Positions 9,530 through 19,248 are shown, counted from the stretch's first letter. The stretch: 64,000 nucleotides of DNA from Thermoplasmata archaeon (GCA_034667725.1 JAXDQS010000003.1:602171-666170), one strand, 5' to 3'. Made by a program: numbers and translations. Notes: generated by a model not told the origin, from the sequence alone.

Positions 9530-10219
9530 TCAGGGCTCCACTTTGGCCTTGCGCTCGCGGCTCGGGCGCCGGCTCAGGGTGCGGGCCTCCGAGGGCATGG
9601 GCGTCGTGGCCTGGAACGGCCCCACCAGCGACACGATGTAGGCGCGCAGCCGCTCGGTGCGGGCCTCGAGCATCAGCACCAGGTCGTCCATGCGGGCCAC
9701 GGCGGCGCGGGCCTGCGCGTCCAGCTCGGTGCGCTCGATGATCTTGGTGTAGTTCCGCAGCGCGGCCAGCAGGTTGCGCGACTCGCGGAACGCGGTGCGG
9801 ATCTCGCGCTCGACCTCGAGGCTGGCCTTGACCTCGGCGTGGCCGGGGGCGGGCCCCAGCGCGCGGCCCAGCAGGTGGGCGAGCTCCTCGTAGCCGAACG
9901 GCTTGGCGAGGTGGCCCCAGGCCTGGTGGCGCGCGGCCAGGGAGGCGAGCTCGATGCTGGCGCTGAAGAACGCCACCGGGATGCGCGCGGTCTGCGGGTG
10001 CAGCCGCAGGGCGGCCATGAGGCCGGCGAGGTTGAGGCCGGGCATCCGGACCTCCAACAGCACCAGGGCGGGGCGCTCGCGCTCGACGACCTCCAGCACC
10101 TCCGACGCCTCGGCCAGGCGGAGCACGGGGTAGCCCAAGGCTTCGATGAGCTGGCCCGTGCTTTCCAGCAGGTCGGGCTCGGGGTCGACGATCAGCACGG
10201 TCTTCGGTTCGCTCGGCAA
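9530..10219 (-). CDS. Atypical receiver-domain protein with degenerate HisKA-like C-terminus
   Basis: VLIVDPEP, LVLLEVRMPG, LAKPF; C-terminal RESRNLL helix. Confidence 0.75.
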   Translation of the reverse strand: MPSEPKTVLIVDPEPDLLESTGQLIEALGYPVLRLAEASEVLEVVERERPALVLLEVRMPGLNLAGLMAALRLHPQTARIPVAFFSASIELASLAARHQAWGHLAKPFGYEELAHLLGRALGPAPGHAEVKASLEVEREIRTAFRESRNLLAALRNYTKIIERTELDAQARAAVARMDDLVLMLEARTERLRAYIVSLVGPFQATTPMPSEARTLSRRPSRERKAKVEP

Positions 10220-10271
10220 TCACTGGAGACTCCAGCCTCAAGGGTCAAATAGGTTTCTTCGTGCGCCGCAG

Positions 10272-10304
10272 TCGTACCTTAAGCTTCGGCGTTCCGGCTA
10301 AATC
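10272..10304 (+). promoter_or_regulatory. Conserved upstream motif of GH-like paralog 1
   Basis: TCGTACCTTAAGCTTCGGCGTTCCGGCTAAATC, matches 12474-12506. Confidence 0.6.
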
Positions 10305-10386
10305 GTCGTTCGACTGGTTCGCGATGTTGTCAGTCCGTGGTTCCCGCAGGCCCCGGCTGAAGACTCCCCCGAAAACCGAGGTCATC

Positions 10387-12396
10387 ATGCGAACCACCCT
10401 TGCAATCGTCTTGACCGGCGCCCTTCTCGCCGTGCTTCTGCCCTTCCCCGCCGGCTCGACCGTCGAGCCCGCCGTCGGCTTCGGCATGGACGCCGGCTCG
10501 ATCGGCGCGCAGACCCAGGCCGGCGCCAAGCCCGACTACGGCACCTTCTGGGTCGGCCCCTGGACCCTCAAGTCCGGTTGGGGCGGCCCCGACGGGCAGC
10601 TTCAGGCCATGGCCGACGCCGGCGTGACCCCCGCGGTCCATCTCTACTACTGGGGCGACGACATCAGCCAGTCCTGCCTCACCAACGGCTGCTGGAGCAC
10701 GCTGCACAACGCCCAGAAGGACCAGGCCGGCTGGCAGGCGCTCACCGACCAGCTCGTCCAGCACCTCAACGGCAAGCTCCAGGGCCGCCCCGCGGTCATC
10801 TTCCTGGAGTCCGAGTTCAACAAGGCCGACGTCCAGGCCTGGGAGCCCCTGGACGCCATGCTCGCCGACAAGGCCAGCCAAATCCACGCCGGCTACCCCA
10901 ACGCCAAGGTCGTGCTGTCCTTGGGCAACTGGAACAGCGCCGCCTGGAAGACCTGGGACCGCGCCGCCGCCGCGATGGACCTCGCCGGCGTCCAGACCAT
11001 GCGGGGCAGCACCCGCGACTCCGTGGCCGCCTACGAGTCCGCGTTCACCGCGACCCTCAACGGCGCCAAGCAGCTCAAGGCGCTGTTCGGCAAGCCCATC
11101 ATCGTCCAGGACCTGGCGCTCTCCAGCCACCCTGAGCCCGACTACCTTGCCCGCCAGGCCGACACCTTGCAGGACTACTTCGACGGCCTGCCCAGCCTGC
11201 GCGCCGAGGGCGTCATGGCCATCATCTACCGCAGCTGGCGGGACGCGCCCAACATGGACCTCGCCAACTACTACGGCGAGGCCGAGCGCCACTGGGGCCT
11301 CGCCTACCCGAGCAACGGCGGCCTGAAGGCGGCCGGCCAGGTCTGGATCGACGGCGTCCAGGCGGAGCGCGCCCGCGCCGCCACGCCGCCCAACCAGCCC
11401 CCGACCGCCAGCTTCACGGCCACCTCCGACGACTTGGCGGCCTCGTTCGACGGCACCGCCTCCAGCGACCCCGACGGCGACGCCCTGGAGCATGCTTGGA
11501 CGTTCGGCGACGGCGGCACCGCCACCGGCGCGACGGCGACCCATGCCTACGCCGCCAGCGGCACCTACACGGTGACCCTGACGGTGTCGGACGGGGCTGC
11601 GGGCGCGGTGGCCACCCAAAGCGTGACGGTGGTGGCCAACCAGGCCCCGACCGCCAGCTTCACGGCGGCGGCCTCCGGCCTCCAGGCAAGCTTCGACGGC
11701 GGCGCCTCCCGCGACCCGGAAGGGGCCGCGCTGGCCTACGCCTGGAGCTTCGGCGACGGCGGCACCGCCACCGGCGCGACGGCGACACGGACCTACGCGG
11801 CCGGCGGCACCTACCAGGTGAAGCTCACCGTGTCGGACGGCAAGGCCTCCACGAGCACCACCCAGGCGGTCACGGTGACGGCGCCGCCGCCCCCGACCAA
11901 GTTCGTGGTGTCCACCAGCTCCAACGAATGGTGGATTCAGGTCAAGGTCGACCCCAACCCCACGAAGGTCGAGGTCAAGGTCGGCACCGGCGCCTGGCTC
12001 AACATGAACAAGCAGTCGTACGGCTGGACCCTCAGCACGCACGCCCCCAAGGGCACCCCCGTGCAGTTCCGGGCCACCGACGCCGCCGGCAAGCAGGTCC
12101 TGAGCGACCCGGTGCCGTGGCTCGGCGCCGCGCCCCCGCCGCCCGCCATGACGGCCACCTTCACCCCGAAGGCGGTCGGCAACAACTGGTGGGTCGAGGC
12201 CAGCGTGTCGTCCCCGCAAGGGGTCGCCAAGGTCGAGGCCCGCGCCAACGGCGGCGGCTGGGTCGCCTTGGGCAAGACCAACTGGGGCAGCTACGCCAAG
12301 TCGGTCTACGTCGCGCCGGGCGCCAAGGTCGAGTTCCGTGCCAGCAGCCCCACGGGCGCCACCGCGACGAGCCCCGCGTACACTTGGGCCAAGTAG
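10387..12396 (+). CDS. Secreted glycoside-hydrolase-like protein with two PKD domains and two Trp-rich binding domains
   Basis: Signal peptide; FLESEFN; two W(T/S)FGDG PKD repeats; NEWW and NWW domains. Confidence 0.75.
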   Translation: MRTTLAIVLTGALLAVLLPFPAGSTVEPAVGFGMDAGSIGAQTQAGAKPDYGTFWVGPWTLKSGWGGPDGQLQAMADAGVTPAVHLYYWGDDISQSCLTNGCWSTLHNAQKDQAGWQALTDQLVQHLNGKLQGRPAVIFLESEFNKADVQAWEPLDAMLADKASQIHAGYPNAKVVLSLGNWNSAAWKTWDRAAAAMDLAGVQTMRGSTRDSVAAYESAFTATLNGAKQLKALFGKPIIVQDLALSSHPEPDYLARQADTLQDYFDGLPSLRAEGVMAIIYRSWRDAPNMDLANYYGEAERHWGLAYPSNGGLKAAGQVWIDGVQAERARAATPPNQPPTASFTATSDDLAASFDGTASSDPDGDALEHAWTFGDGGTATGATATHAYAASGTYTVTLTVSDGAAGAVATQSVTVVANQAPTASFTAAASGLQASFDGGASRDPEGAALAYAWSFGDGGTATGATATRTYAAGGTYQVKLTVSDGKASTSTTQAVTVTAPPPPTKFVVSTSSNEWWIQVKVDPNPTKVEVKVGTGAWLNMNKQSYGWTLSTHAPKGTPVQFRATDAAGKQVLSDPVPWLGAAPPPPAMTATFTPKAVGNNWWVEASVSSPQGVAKVEARANGGGWVALGKTNWGSYAKSVYVAPGAKVEFRASSPTGATATSPAYTWAK

Positions 12397-12407
12397 CGCC
12401 CAGGTTC

Positions 12408-12429
12408 GTTTTCCCCCCTTTTTCTCCTT
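12408..12429 (+). terminator. Polypyrimidine terminator-like tract
   Basis: T/C-only run just after the stop at 12396. Confidence 0.45.
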
Positions 12430-12473
12430 GGCCCGAGCCTTCACGCTCTAGTAGGCGGCGGGGCGGCGCACCA

Positions 12474-12506
12474 TCGTAGCTTAAGGTTGCCCGTGCCGGC
12501 TAAATC
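12474..12506 (+). promoter_or_regulatory. Conserved upstream motif of GH-like paralog 2
   Basis: TCGTAGCTTAAGGTTGCCCGTGCCGGCTAAATC. Confidence 0.6.
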
Positions 12507-12570
12507 CGCGGAACCCAGACTAGTGCTCTTGCTTGGGCCGCGAATCCCGTGGCCTTGGCAGAGCTGACCC

Positions 12571-14112
12571 ATGAAAGCCATCCCTGCCCTCCTGACCGCC
12601 GCCGCGCTCGTGTTCGTGCTCATGCCCATGGGCGTTGGCGCGAGCACGACCCCCGCCATCCGTTTCGGGATGGACGCCGCCGGCGTGACGGACCAGACCA
12701 ACGCCGGCGTCAAGCCGGACTACGGCACCTTCTGGGTCGGTCCCTGGACGCTGTCGTCTGGTTGGGCCGGCCCCGATGCCGAACTCGCCGCCATGAAGGC
12801 CGCCGGCGTCACCCCCGCCGTCCACTTCTACTACTGGGGCGACGACATCAGCCAGTCCTGCGTGACCAACGGCTGCTGGTCGACCCTGCACGGCGCCCAG
12901 AAGACCCAGGCGGGCTGGAACACCCTGAAGGACCAGTTCGTCCAGCACCTCAACGCCAAGATGGGGGGCAGCCCCGTCCTGGTGTTCCTGGAGACCGAGT
13001 TCAACAAGGGCGACGTCCAAGCCTGGGAGCCGCTCGACGGCATGCTCGCGGACAAGGCCCACCAGATCAAGACGGGCTACCCCGCGGCCAAGGTCGTGCT
13101 GGCGCTCGGCAACTGGAACAGCGCCGCCTGGGGCACCTGGGACCGCGCCGCGGCCGCCAGCGACATGACCGGCATCCAGGCGATGCGCGGCAGCACCCGC
13201 GACTCGTCCGCCCACTACGACGACGCCTACGCCGTCACCCTGGCGGGCGCCAAGACGCTGCAGGCGCTGTTCCACAAGCCCATCGTGCTGCAGGACCTGG
13301 CGTTCTCCAGCTACCCGGAGCCGACCTACCTCGGCCGCCAGGCCACGGTGCTGAAGTCGTTCTTCACGGGCATCGAGGGCCTGCGCGCCGCCGGCGTGAC
13401 CGCCATCCTGTACCGCAGCTACCGCGACACCAACATGGACACGGCCAACTACTACGGCGAGGCCGAGCGCCACTGGGGCCTGGCCTACAGCAACGGCGCC
13501 AAGAAGGCCGCCGCCACCGTGTGGATCGACGGCGTCAAGGCCGAGCGCGCCCGCGCGGGCACGACCGTCCCCACGACGACCACCACCCCGACCACGACGA
13601 CCGGGACCACGTTCGCCATCGCCAGCAGCTCCAACGAATGGTGGCTGCAGCTCCAGGTGAGCCCGGCGCAGGCCAAGGTCGACGCCAAGGTCGGCGCCGC
13701 CGACTGGAAGCCCATGCAGAAGCAGAGCTACGGCTGGACCCTCAGCACCCACGTGGTGAAGGGCACCCTGGTGCAGTTCCGGGCCACGGACGGCGCCGGC
13801 AAGGTCGTCCTCAGCGAGGCCAAGGCCTGGTTGTCGACCACCACGACCACGCCCACGGCGGGCATGACGGCGACGTTCACGCCCAAGTCCGTCGGCAACG
13901 CCTGGTGGGTCGAGGCCGCCGCCACCTCGCCGCAAGGGGTCTCGAAGGTCGAGTCCCGCACCAACGGCGGCGCCTGGACCGTGCTGCCCAAGACGAGCTG
14001 GGGCACCTACGCGAAGTCGCTCTACGTCGCGCCGGGCGCGAAGGTCGAGTTCCGGGCCACCAGCCCGACGGGTGCCATGGCGATGAGCCCGGCCTACACC
14101 TGGTCGAAGTAA
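12571..14112 (+). CDS. Secreted glycoside-hydrolase-like paralog lacking PKD domains, Thr-rich linkers
   Basis: Long near-identical blocks shared with 10387-12396 (KPDYGTFWVGPWTL, YYWGDDISQSC, ANYYGEAERHWGLAY). Confidence 0.75.
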   Translation: MKAIPALLTAAALVFVLMPMGVGASTTPAIRFGMDAAGVTDQTNAGVKPDYGTFWVGPWTLSSGWAGPDAELAAMKAAGVTPAVHFYYWGDDISQSCVTNGCWSTLHGAQKTQAGWNTLKDQFVQHLNAKMGGSPVLVFLETEFNKGDVQAWEPLDGMLADKAHQIKTGYPAAKVVLALGNWNSAAWGTWDRAAAASDMTGIQAMRGSTRDSSAHYDDAYAVTLAGAKTLQALFHKPIVLQDLAFSSYPEPTYLGRQATVLKSFFTGIEGLRAAGVTAILYRSYRDTNMDTANYYGEAERHWGLAYSNGAKKAAATVWIDGVKAERARAGTTVPTTTTTPTTTTGTTFAIASSSNEWWLQLQVSPAQAKVDAKVGAADWKPMQKQSYGWTLSTHVVKGTLVQFRATDGAGKVVLSEAKAWLSTTTTTPTAGMTATFTPKSVGNAWWVEAAATSPQGVSKVESRTNGGAWTVLPKTSWGTYAKSLYVAPGAKVEFRATSPTGAMAMSPAYTWSK

Positions 14113-14156
14113 GGCGCCTCTTCCTTCTCTTTCCCTCGTTCCTTTTCTTGGGCCAA

Positions 14157-15119
14157 TTAGTGGCTCGCGGTGAGCCTGCTCACGATCTCCTTGAACGCCG
14201 TCCGCGCCGGCGTCTCCCCCGCCTGCAACGCGAACGGAGTGCCCGCGTCGCCGGCCTGCATGACGTTCGGATCCATCGGCACGGCGCCAAGAAACGGCAC
14301 CTGGAGCTGCTCGGCCATCGCCTTGCCGCCGCCGCGCTTGAACAGGTCGAGCACGACCGCGAACTGGCCGTTGCCGTCCGCTTGGGCGGCCACCGTGTCG
14401 GGGCCGGCGCGCAGCGTGACCTTCGCGTTCGGCGCCGTCGTGCCTTGCAGCGTGAGGCCGCTCATGTTCTCGACCACGCCCAGGATAGGGAGCTGGAGCT
14501 TCTGCACGAACTGGGCGGACTTGCGGACGTCGCCGACGGCCACGTCCTGCGGGGTGGTGACAAGGATGACGCCGTCGGCGTCCGGGATGTTCTGCGCGAC
14601 CGAAAGCGGCTCGTCCGAGGTGCCGGGCGGCAGGTCCACCACGAGGTAGTCCAATTCGCCCCAGGCGACGTCGCCGAGGAACTGGCCGATGATCTGCATC
14701 TTGATGGGGCCGCGCCACACCACGGCCTGGTCGGGGTCGCTGAGGAGGAACTGCATCGACACGCAGGAGAGGGTGGGCGTCAGCTGCTGCGGCTGGAGGC
14801 CGTCCGCGGTCTCGAGGAGCTCGCCCTTGTGGATCCCGAGCATCAGCGGCACGTTGGGGCCGGTGAGGTCCATGTCGAGGATGCCGACCTTCTTGCCCGC
14901 GGCGGCGAGGGCGGCGGCGAGGTTGACGGCGACGGTGGACTTTCCAACCCCGCCCTTGCCCGACGCGACGATGAACTTGTGCTTGATGCGCTTCATGTTG
15001 TTGATGATGCGCAGGCGCCGCTTCAGCCGCTCCGCGGCGCGCGGGTCCACGGGGCCGCCCATCGGCTGGGGGGCACCGGGGCCGGCCATCGGGATGGGGA
15101 TCGGGGTGGTCTCGCTCAT
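14157..15119 (-). CDS. Mrp/NBP35/ApbC family P-loop ATPase, atypical (no CxxC)
   Basis: SGKGGVGKST, WRGP, DLPPGTSDE, VTTPQ, VENMS. Confidence 0.9.
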   Translation of the reverse strand: MSETTPIPIPMAGPGAPQPMGGPVDPRAAERLKRRLRIINNMKRIKHKFIVASGKGGVGKSTVAVNLAAALAAAGKKVGILDMDLTGPNVPLMLGIHKGELLETADGLQPQQLTPTLSCVSMQFLLSDPDQAVVWRGPIKMQIIGQFLGDVAWGELDYLVVDLPPGTSDEPLSVAQNIPDADGVILVTTPQDVAVGDVRKSAQFVQKLQLPILGVVENMSGLTLQGTTAPNAKVTLRAGPDTVAAQADGNGQFAVVLDLFKRGGGKAMAEQLQVPFLGAVPMDPNVMQAGDAGTPFALQAGETPARTAFKEIVSRLTASH

Positions 15120-15174
15120 GCTGGGCGCGACTGGGGGGCGCTAGATGAGGGTGGTGCCGCCGGGCCGCCGGGCG

Positions 15175-16137
15175 TCAGCGTTTGGCGCTCCCCGCTAGCA
15201 CAAAGTGCGCCAGCAGCGACTCGATCTGGATCCGCTCGTTGGCGCCTTCGACCATGCGGAACTCAATCTCGCCCACTTTGTCCACCAGCTGGACCTTCAC
15301 CGGGTCGGGAATCGTCAAGTCGAACACGCTGCGGTGGATTTGGCGGATGACGTCCTCGCCCGACAGGCCGTACTCGATCAGGAGGTTGTCGAGCTTGTTG
15401 CGGGCCGCCATGAAGTCGCCGTCCAACGCGGTCTCCAGCAGCTTCTTGACCTCCTCGGGGCGGGCCGTGGCGGTCGTCTTGTAGATGGTCTCGGCATCGA
15501 CCTTGCCGCCCAACGCGGTCGCGACCTGGAGGGTGTTGACGGTCTTGCGCAGGTCTCCCTTGGCGACGAACACCAAGGCGTCGACGCCGTCCGGGGTAAC
15601 CTCGATGGCCTCGTTGGAGGCGATCTTGCGGATGAACTTCTTGACCTGGTCGACGGTGAGCGGGCGGAACCGGAACACGGCGCAGCGCGACTGGATCGGG
15701 TCGATGATCTTGGAGGAGTAGTTGCAGCTCAGCACGAAGCGGGTCGTCGCCGTGTACTTCTCCATCGTGCGGCGCAGGGCGGCCTGGGCGTCGTGGGTGA
15801 GCGCGTCGGCCTCGTCCAAAAAGACGATCTTGAAGCCTTGGGTGTCCGCCGTGCCGACGCGGGCGAAGTCCTTGATCTTGCCGCGCACGATGCCGATGCC
15901 GCGCTCGTCGGAGGCGTTGAGCTCCAGGAAGCGGCCGGCCCAGCCGTCGCTGCCAAACAGGTCGCGGGCCATCGCGATGGCGCACGTGGTCTTGCCCGTG
16001 CCGGGGGGACCCGCGAACATGAGGTGGGGAACGTTGCCGGTCTTGACGTAGGCCTTGAGGCGCTCGACCGCCTCCTCCTGCCCGACGACCTCCGACAGGG
16101 TGCGCGGACGGTACTTCTCGACCCAGACCTCGTTCAC
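15175..16137 (-). CDS. rfcS: Replication factor C small subunit
   Basis: WVEKYRP, GPPGTGKT, LELNASDERG, LDEAD, IQSRC; GTG start estimated. Confidence 0.95.
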   Translation of the reverse strand: MNEVWVEKYRPRTLSEVVGQEEAVERLKAYVKTGNVPHLMFAGPPGTGKTTCAIAMARDLFGSDGWAGRFLELNASDERGIGIVRGKIKDFARVGTADTQGFKIVFLDEADALTHDAQAALRRTMEKYTATTRFVLSCNYSSKIIDPIQSRCAVFRFRPLTVDQVKKFIRKIASNEAIEVTPDGVDALVFVAKGDLRKTVNTLQVATALGGKVDAETIYKTTATARPEEVKKLLETALDGDFMAARNKLDNLLIEYGLSGEDVIRQIHRSVFDLTIPDPVKVQLVDKVGEIEFRMVEGANERIQIESLLAHFVLAGSAKR

Positions 16138-16172
16138 GCCGCGGCGACCGGCGCGGGCGATATCAAGGCTGG

Positions 16173-16883
16173 CTAGCCCCGCAAATGGTCGGCGACGGCC
16201 TCCAGGCGGGCGGCGGGCACGATGGCCAGGAGGCGCTCCGACTTGGAGGAGAGCTCGCGCAGCTTGGCGGCCATGAAGCCCTCCCGGAGCTCCTCGATCT
16301 CCCGCAGCGGGCGCAGGTGGGTCTGCTCGCGGTCCCACGCCTCGACCAATTCGTAGGGGTCGCGGGCGTCCTCGAAGCGGGCCACCAGGAGCTTCTTCTC
16401 GCGCCGGTTGGAGCGCAAGACGTGGTGCATCTTGACGCGCTTGGTGTACACCTCGGCGTGGGCGTCGTCCGGGATGTCGATGGCGGTCAGCTCGGCGCCG
16501 TGGGCGGCGGCCAGGTCGTGGGCGGCCTCCAGATCAGGGCTCGGGACCTTGGTGGGGCCGAAGCGCTCCAGCAGGCGCAGCAGGTGCTCGGAGGCGAGGT
16601 CGGGCTCGACCAGCTCGGCCTTGGCGGCAGGGTCGGTGGCAAGGCGGCGCACGGCCTCCAGGTCCTCCGGCGGGACGCCGAGCGCGACCCGGTCGGGCCG
16701 GTGGCTGGCGAAGGCGGCCTGGACGCGGGCGGCGTCGGGGGCGAAGCCGGCGATGGTGCCCACGAGCAGGATGTCGCAGGAGCCCAGCCGGACGTGGGCC
16801 TCGGGGGGCGGCACGGGGCGGCCCAGCAAGCCCTCCGGCTTCAAGCTTGCCGGCACCACGACCGAAGGGATATCAAGCAACAC
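16173..16883 (-). CDS. Hypothetical protein (possibly TraB-like fold)
   Basis: Coding-like ORF between rfcS and a divergent gene. Confidence 0.55.
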   Translation of the reverse strand: MLLDIPSVVVPASLKPEGLLGRPVPPPEAHVRLGSCDILLVGTIAGFAPDAARVQAAFASHRPDRVALGVPPEDLEAVRRLATDPAAKAELVEPDLASEHLLRLLERFGPTKVPSPDLEAAHDLAAAHGAELTAIDIPDDAHAEVYTKRVKMHHVLRSNRREKKLLVARFEDARDPYELVEAWDREQTHLRPLREIEELREGFMAAKLRELSSKSERLLAIVPAARLEAVADHLRG

Positions 16884-16916
16884 GCCCCCTCACCACGACG
16901 CACACGGAGGCACAGC

Positions 16917-17321
16917 ATGAAGATCGACATCGGCTCCGAAGGGAAGATCCTGGGCACCAAGCGCGTGAGCCCGAACGGGCAGGTCTCGGGCCTGTCCGAG
17001 TACGCCGGCGAGGAGGTGCTCGTCATCTACCCCGGGCCGCGCGAGCCGCGCATCCGCAAGGACCCCGAGGACTACCTGCACGAGCTGGAGGCCGCCGTCG
17101 GCCAGCAGATGAAGGGCGCGTTCCGGCAATACAAGATCCTCAAGGCGAAGTACAAGGACGAGGCGGCGGCGACCGCCGACTTCATCCGCGCCAAGAGCCC
17201 CAAGCAGTGGGAAGGCCTCATCGACAACGTGGACGACTGGGTCAAGGGCCAGGTCGCCAAGGCGGAGAAGTCGGTGGCGCGGAAGCTGGGCGAGAACGAG
17301 GCTGGCGAGCAGGCCCTCTGA
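16917..17321 (+). CDS. Protein with AbrB/DUF2080-like N-terminus and helical C-terminus
   Basis: GGAGG upstream of ATG; GTKRVSPNGQVSGLSEYAGEEVLVI. Confidence 0.6.
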   Translation: MKIDIGSEGKILGTKRVSPNGQVSGLSEYAGEEVLVIYPGPREPRIRKDPEDYLHELEAAVGQQMKGAFRQYKILKAKYKDEAAATADFIRAKSPKQWEGLIDNVDDWVKGQVAKAEKSVARKLGENEAGEQAL

Positions 17322-17376
17322 CCTAGAACTAGCTGCATTGAGGACGTCGGCCAAGCGAAGGATAATGAACCAAGGT

Positions 17377-19182
17377 TCAATTAATTATTTTCTTTGCCGT
17401 CGCTGCGGTTGCCTTCTTAGTAGATTTGAGCCGGGCCACAGGCCTTGGACTCTCAAATCCACTGTCAACGGAGTCCGACGCGGCGCTAAATTCCCGAGTA
17501 GCGCGATTCAACATTTTGGCAAGTTTATAGAACTCTCGGAAGTCTTCTGTTGAAGGCCGAGCATTTAGCTTGAAGGCTTCCAAAAGCCTCTTTTTTATAA
17601 GGGCCTTAGCCTCGTTCCGAATCTCCGCATTTGCACTTGCAAGCTTGGCTACAATATCCGGGTTGGCGGCGTACACCGTGGATCGTATTGAAGCAGGAAT
17701 CAGACCTTCAATGTTCTCGAGTCCCTCTTGGTTAACCCCAATGAAGAAGCAGTCCTGACCCTCCTTGAATCCAAGTGACTCCAAGCACCTGGAGAGTTTT
17801 GCTTTGACATCAAGATCGGCGGTAACAATGAGTTTCCGAGACCGCTGCTTCAGGAAGCGAAGAAAAATGCCGGTTTGCAAATTCGTCCAGCCATCGTAAG
17901 CCATTATTGCCCCGGCCCATTGGAGTGCATTTTGCGCGTGGACCGGGCTCTTAAGTATTTCCAGATATTCCTTGTCGGTTGCGCCCTCCACGAGAATGAT
18001 ATCTTCTTTTGGTGAAGTGAAGAAGTCCTGCCAAGGCGCGAACGACTCCATCTCGAGTGCCAGCGTCTCAGCGTAAGGAAGCATCCAATTGTTGCCCTCC
18101 GCAAGGACCGGAACTGTTTCACGAACTTTTTTCCGGCGCAGTTGCCTTTGCAGCAGGATATTTGAACTAGGCATAGTGCGATTGAGCATGTAGGGACTGT
18201 GGGTCGTTACAATTACTTGAACGTCAAATTTTTCAGCCAATTCTTGAACCGTTCGGCCAAAACTCGCTTGACCACCCGGGTGTAGGAAACTTTCCGGCTC
18301 TTCAATGATGACTACCGGCGTTAGCTTTTCTGCGCCATGCGCAGCCTTCGAGAGTTGTTGGGCCCTGAATAAAGCTAGCAAAATGTGGGTGCGGTTTTTA
18401 GTACCGGAACCCCATTCGTGAAGTTCAACGTCCATCTTGCTGTCCCCCAAGCGCAACTCATACGGCAGATGAGTCCATTCGCCTCCACCAATCGTGAGTG
18501 TCACCTTCATATCGGTACCCAGAGACGATAGCAAATCTTCCACGCTCTCTTCCTGGTATCGAGCAATTTTGCTCATCTTTGAAGATGTGTATTTCCGAAG
18601 TGAGTCTAGTACTTGCCGACTTTCGGGTGTAAGTTCCCTGAGGGCGCCCTGGAAACGCAATGGATCCCAAGGCAAAGGAGGCTGCGTCGAGTTATGAAAA
18701 ATGAGGGCACTCGAGGTTCTGAACCTCTTGAAAACCTCCTCGGCGGCGGTACCCTGATAGTCCCGCCCCTTGCATTGGACCGTCTTTACGATGCCCGTTT
18801 TGGCGCTTTCCTGGTGGAGAGAAAGGGTCAACTCGATTTCCTCCACGTTCGAATCCAATTCGAGCTGTCGAACTAAGAATTCAAGCATTCCACTGTCGTG
18901 CGCCTTATCAAGGTGGAAATTTCCTTCAATCAGGATGGCCGTCCCATTTTCTGGATTGAGCCATCGGGGATAGTCTTCAGCCCAAAGCAAGTCTGCCCGA
19001 TGTTCAGTGAAACTACTGAAAATATCCTCCCGACGGTTTCCGACCAGCAGTCGAATTGCGCTGGTTATGTTGGATTTGCCACTATCATTTTTTCCGCATA
19101 GGGCGGTGTAGCTTTGGGTGAAGTCAATGGTGGCATTCTCCAGTGTACGGTAATTGCGCACCGAAAGGGAGGCAAGTCTCAC
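17377..19182 (-). CDS. OLD-family ATP-dependent nuclease (ABC ATPase + TOPRIM) in a lower-GC island
   Basis: VRNYRT, GKNDSGKS, IEEPESFLHP, TTHSP, LVEGATD, DLD; abrupt GC drop about 17325-19250. Confidence 0.85.
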   Translation of the reverse strand: MRLASLSVRNYRTLENATIDFTQSYTALCGKNDSGKSNITSAIRLLVGNRREDIFSSFTEHRADLLWAEDYPRWLNPENGTAILIEGNFHLDKAHDSGMLEFLVRQLELDSNVEEIELTLSLHQESAKTGIVKTVQCKGRDYQGTAAEEVFKRFRTSSALIFHNSTQPPLPWDPLRFQGALRELTPESRQVLDSLRKYTSSKMSKIARYQEESVEDLLSSLGTDMKVTLTIGGGEWTHLPYELRLGDSKMDVELHEWGSGTKNRTHILLALFRAQQLSKAAHGAEKLTPVVIIEEPESFLHPGGQASFGRTVQELAEKFDVQVIVTTHSPYMLNRTMPSSNILLQRQLRRKKVRETVPVLAEGNNWMLPYAETLALEMESFAPWQDFFTSPKEDIILVEGATDKEYLEILKSPVHAQNALQWAGAIMAYDGWTNLQTGIFLRFLKQRSRKLIVTADLDVKAKLSRCLESLGFKEGQDCFFIGVNQEGLENIEGLIPASIRSTVYAANPDIVAKLASANAEIRNEAKALIKKRLLEAFKLNARPSTEDFREFYKLAKMLNRATREFSAASDSVDSGFESPRPVARLKSTKKATAATAKKIIN

Positions 19183-19248
19183 GCGTCACTTCACATGCTG
19201 CCCCTTTGTGAACTTTGCCGCCTTTTCAAGAGGATGTTCCCATTTTGG

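Noticed and set aside
10272-10304. CCGGCTAAA motif as a c-di-GMP-I riboswitch
   Set aside because: The GGCAAAC/GAAA/GACGCAAAGC elements and stems are absent; a promoter interpretation fits better
12549-15350. Very long alternative-frame ORFs (also 31646-34288, 60402-63206, 7662-9641 and others)
   Set aside because: Arg/Gly/Pro-rich or antisense shadows of real genes, expected at this GC content
17377-19182. Complete Gabija, PARIS or retron system
   Set aside because: No UvrD helicase, second subunit or reverse transcriptase is adjacent
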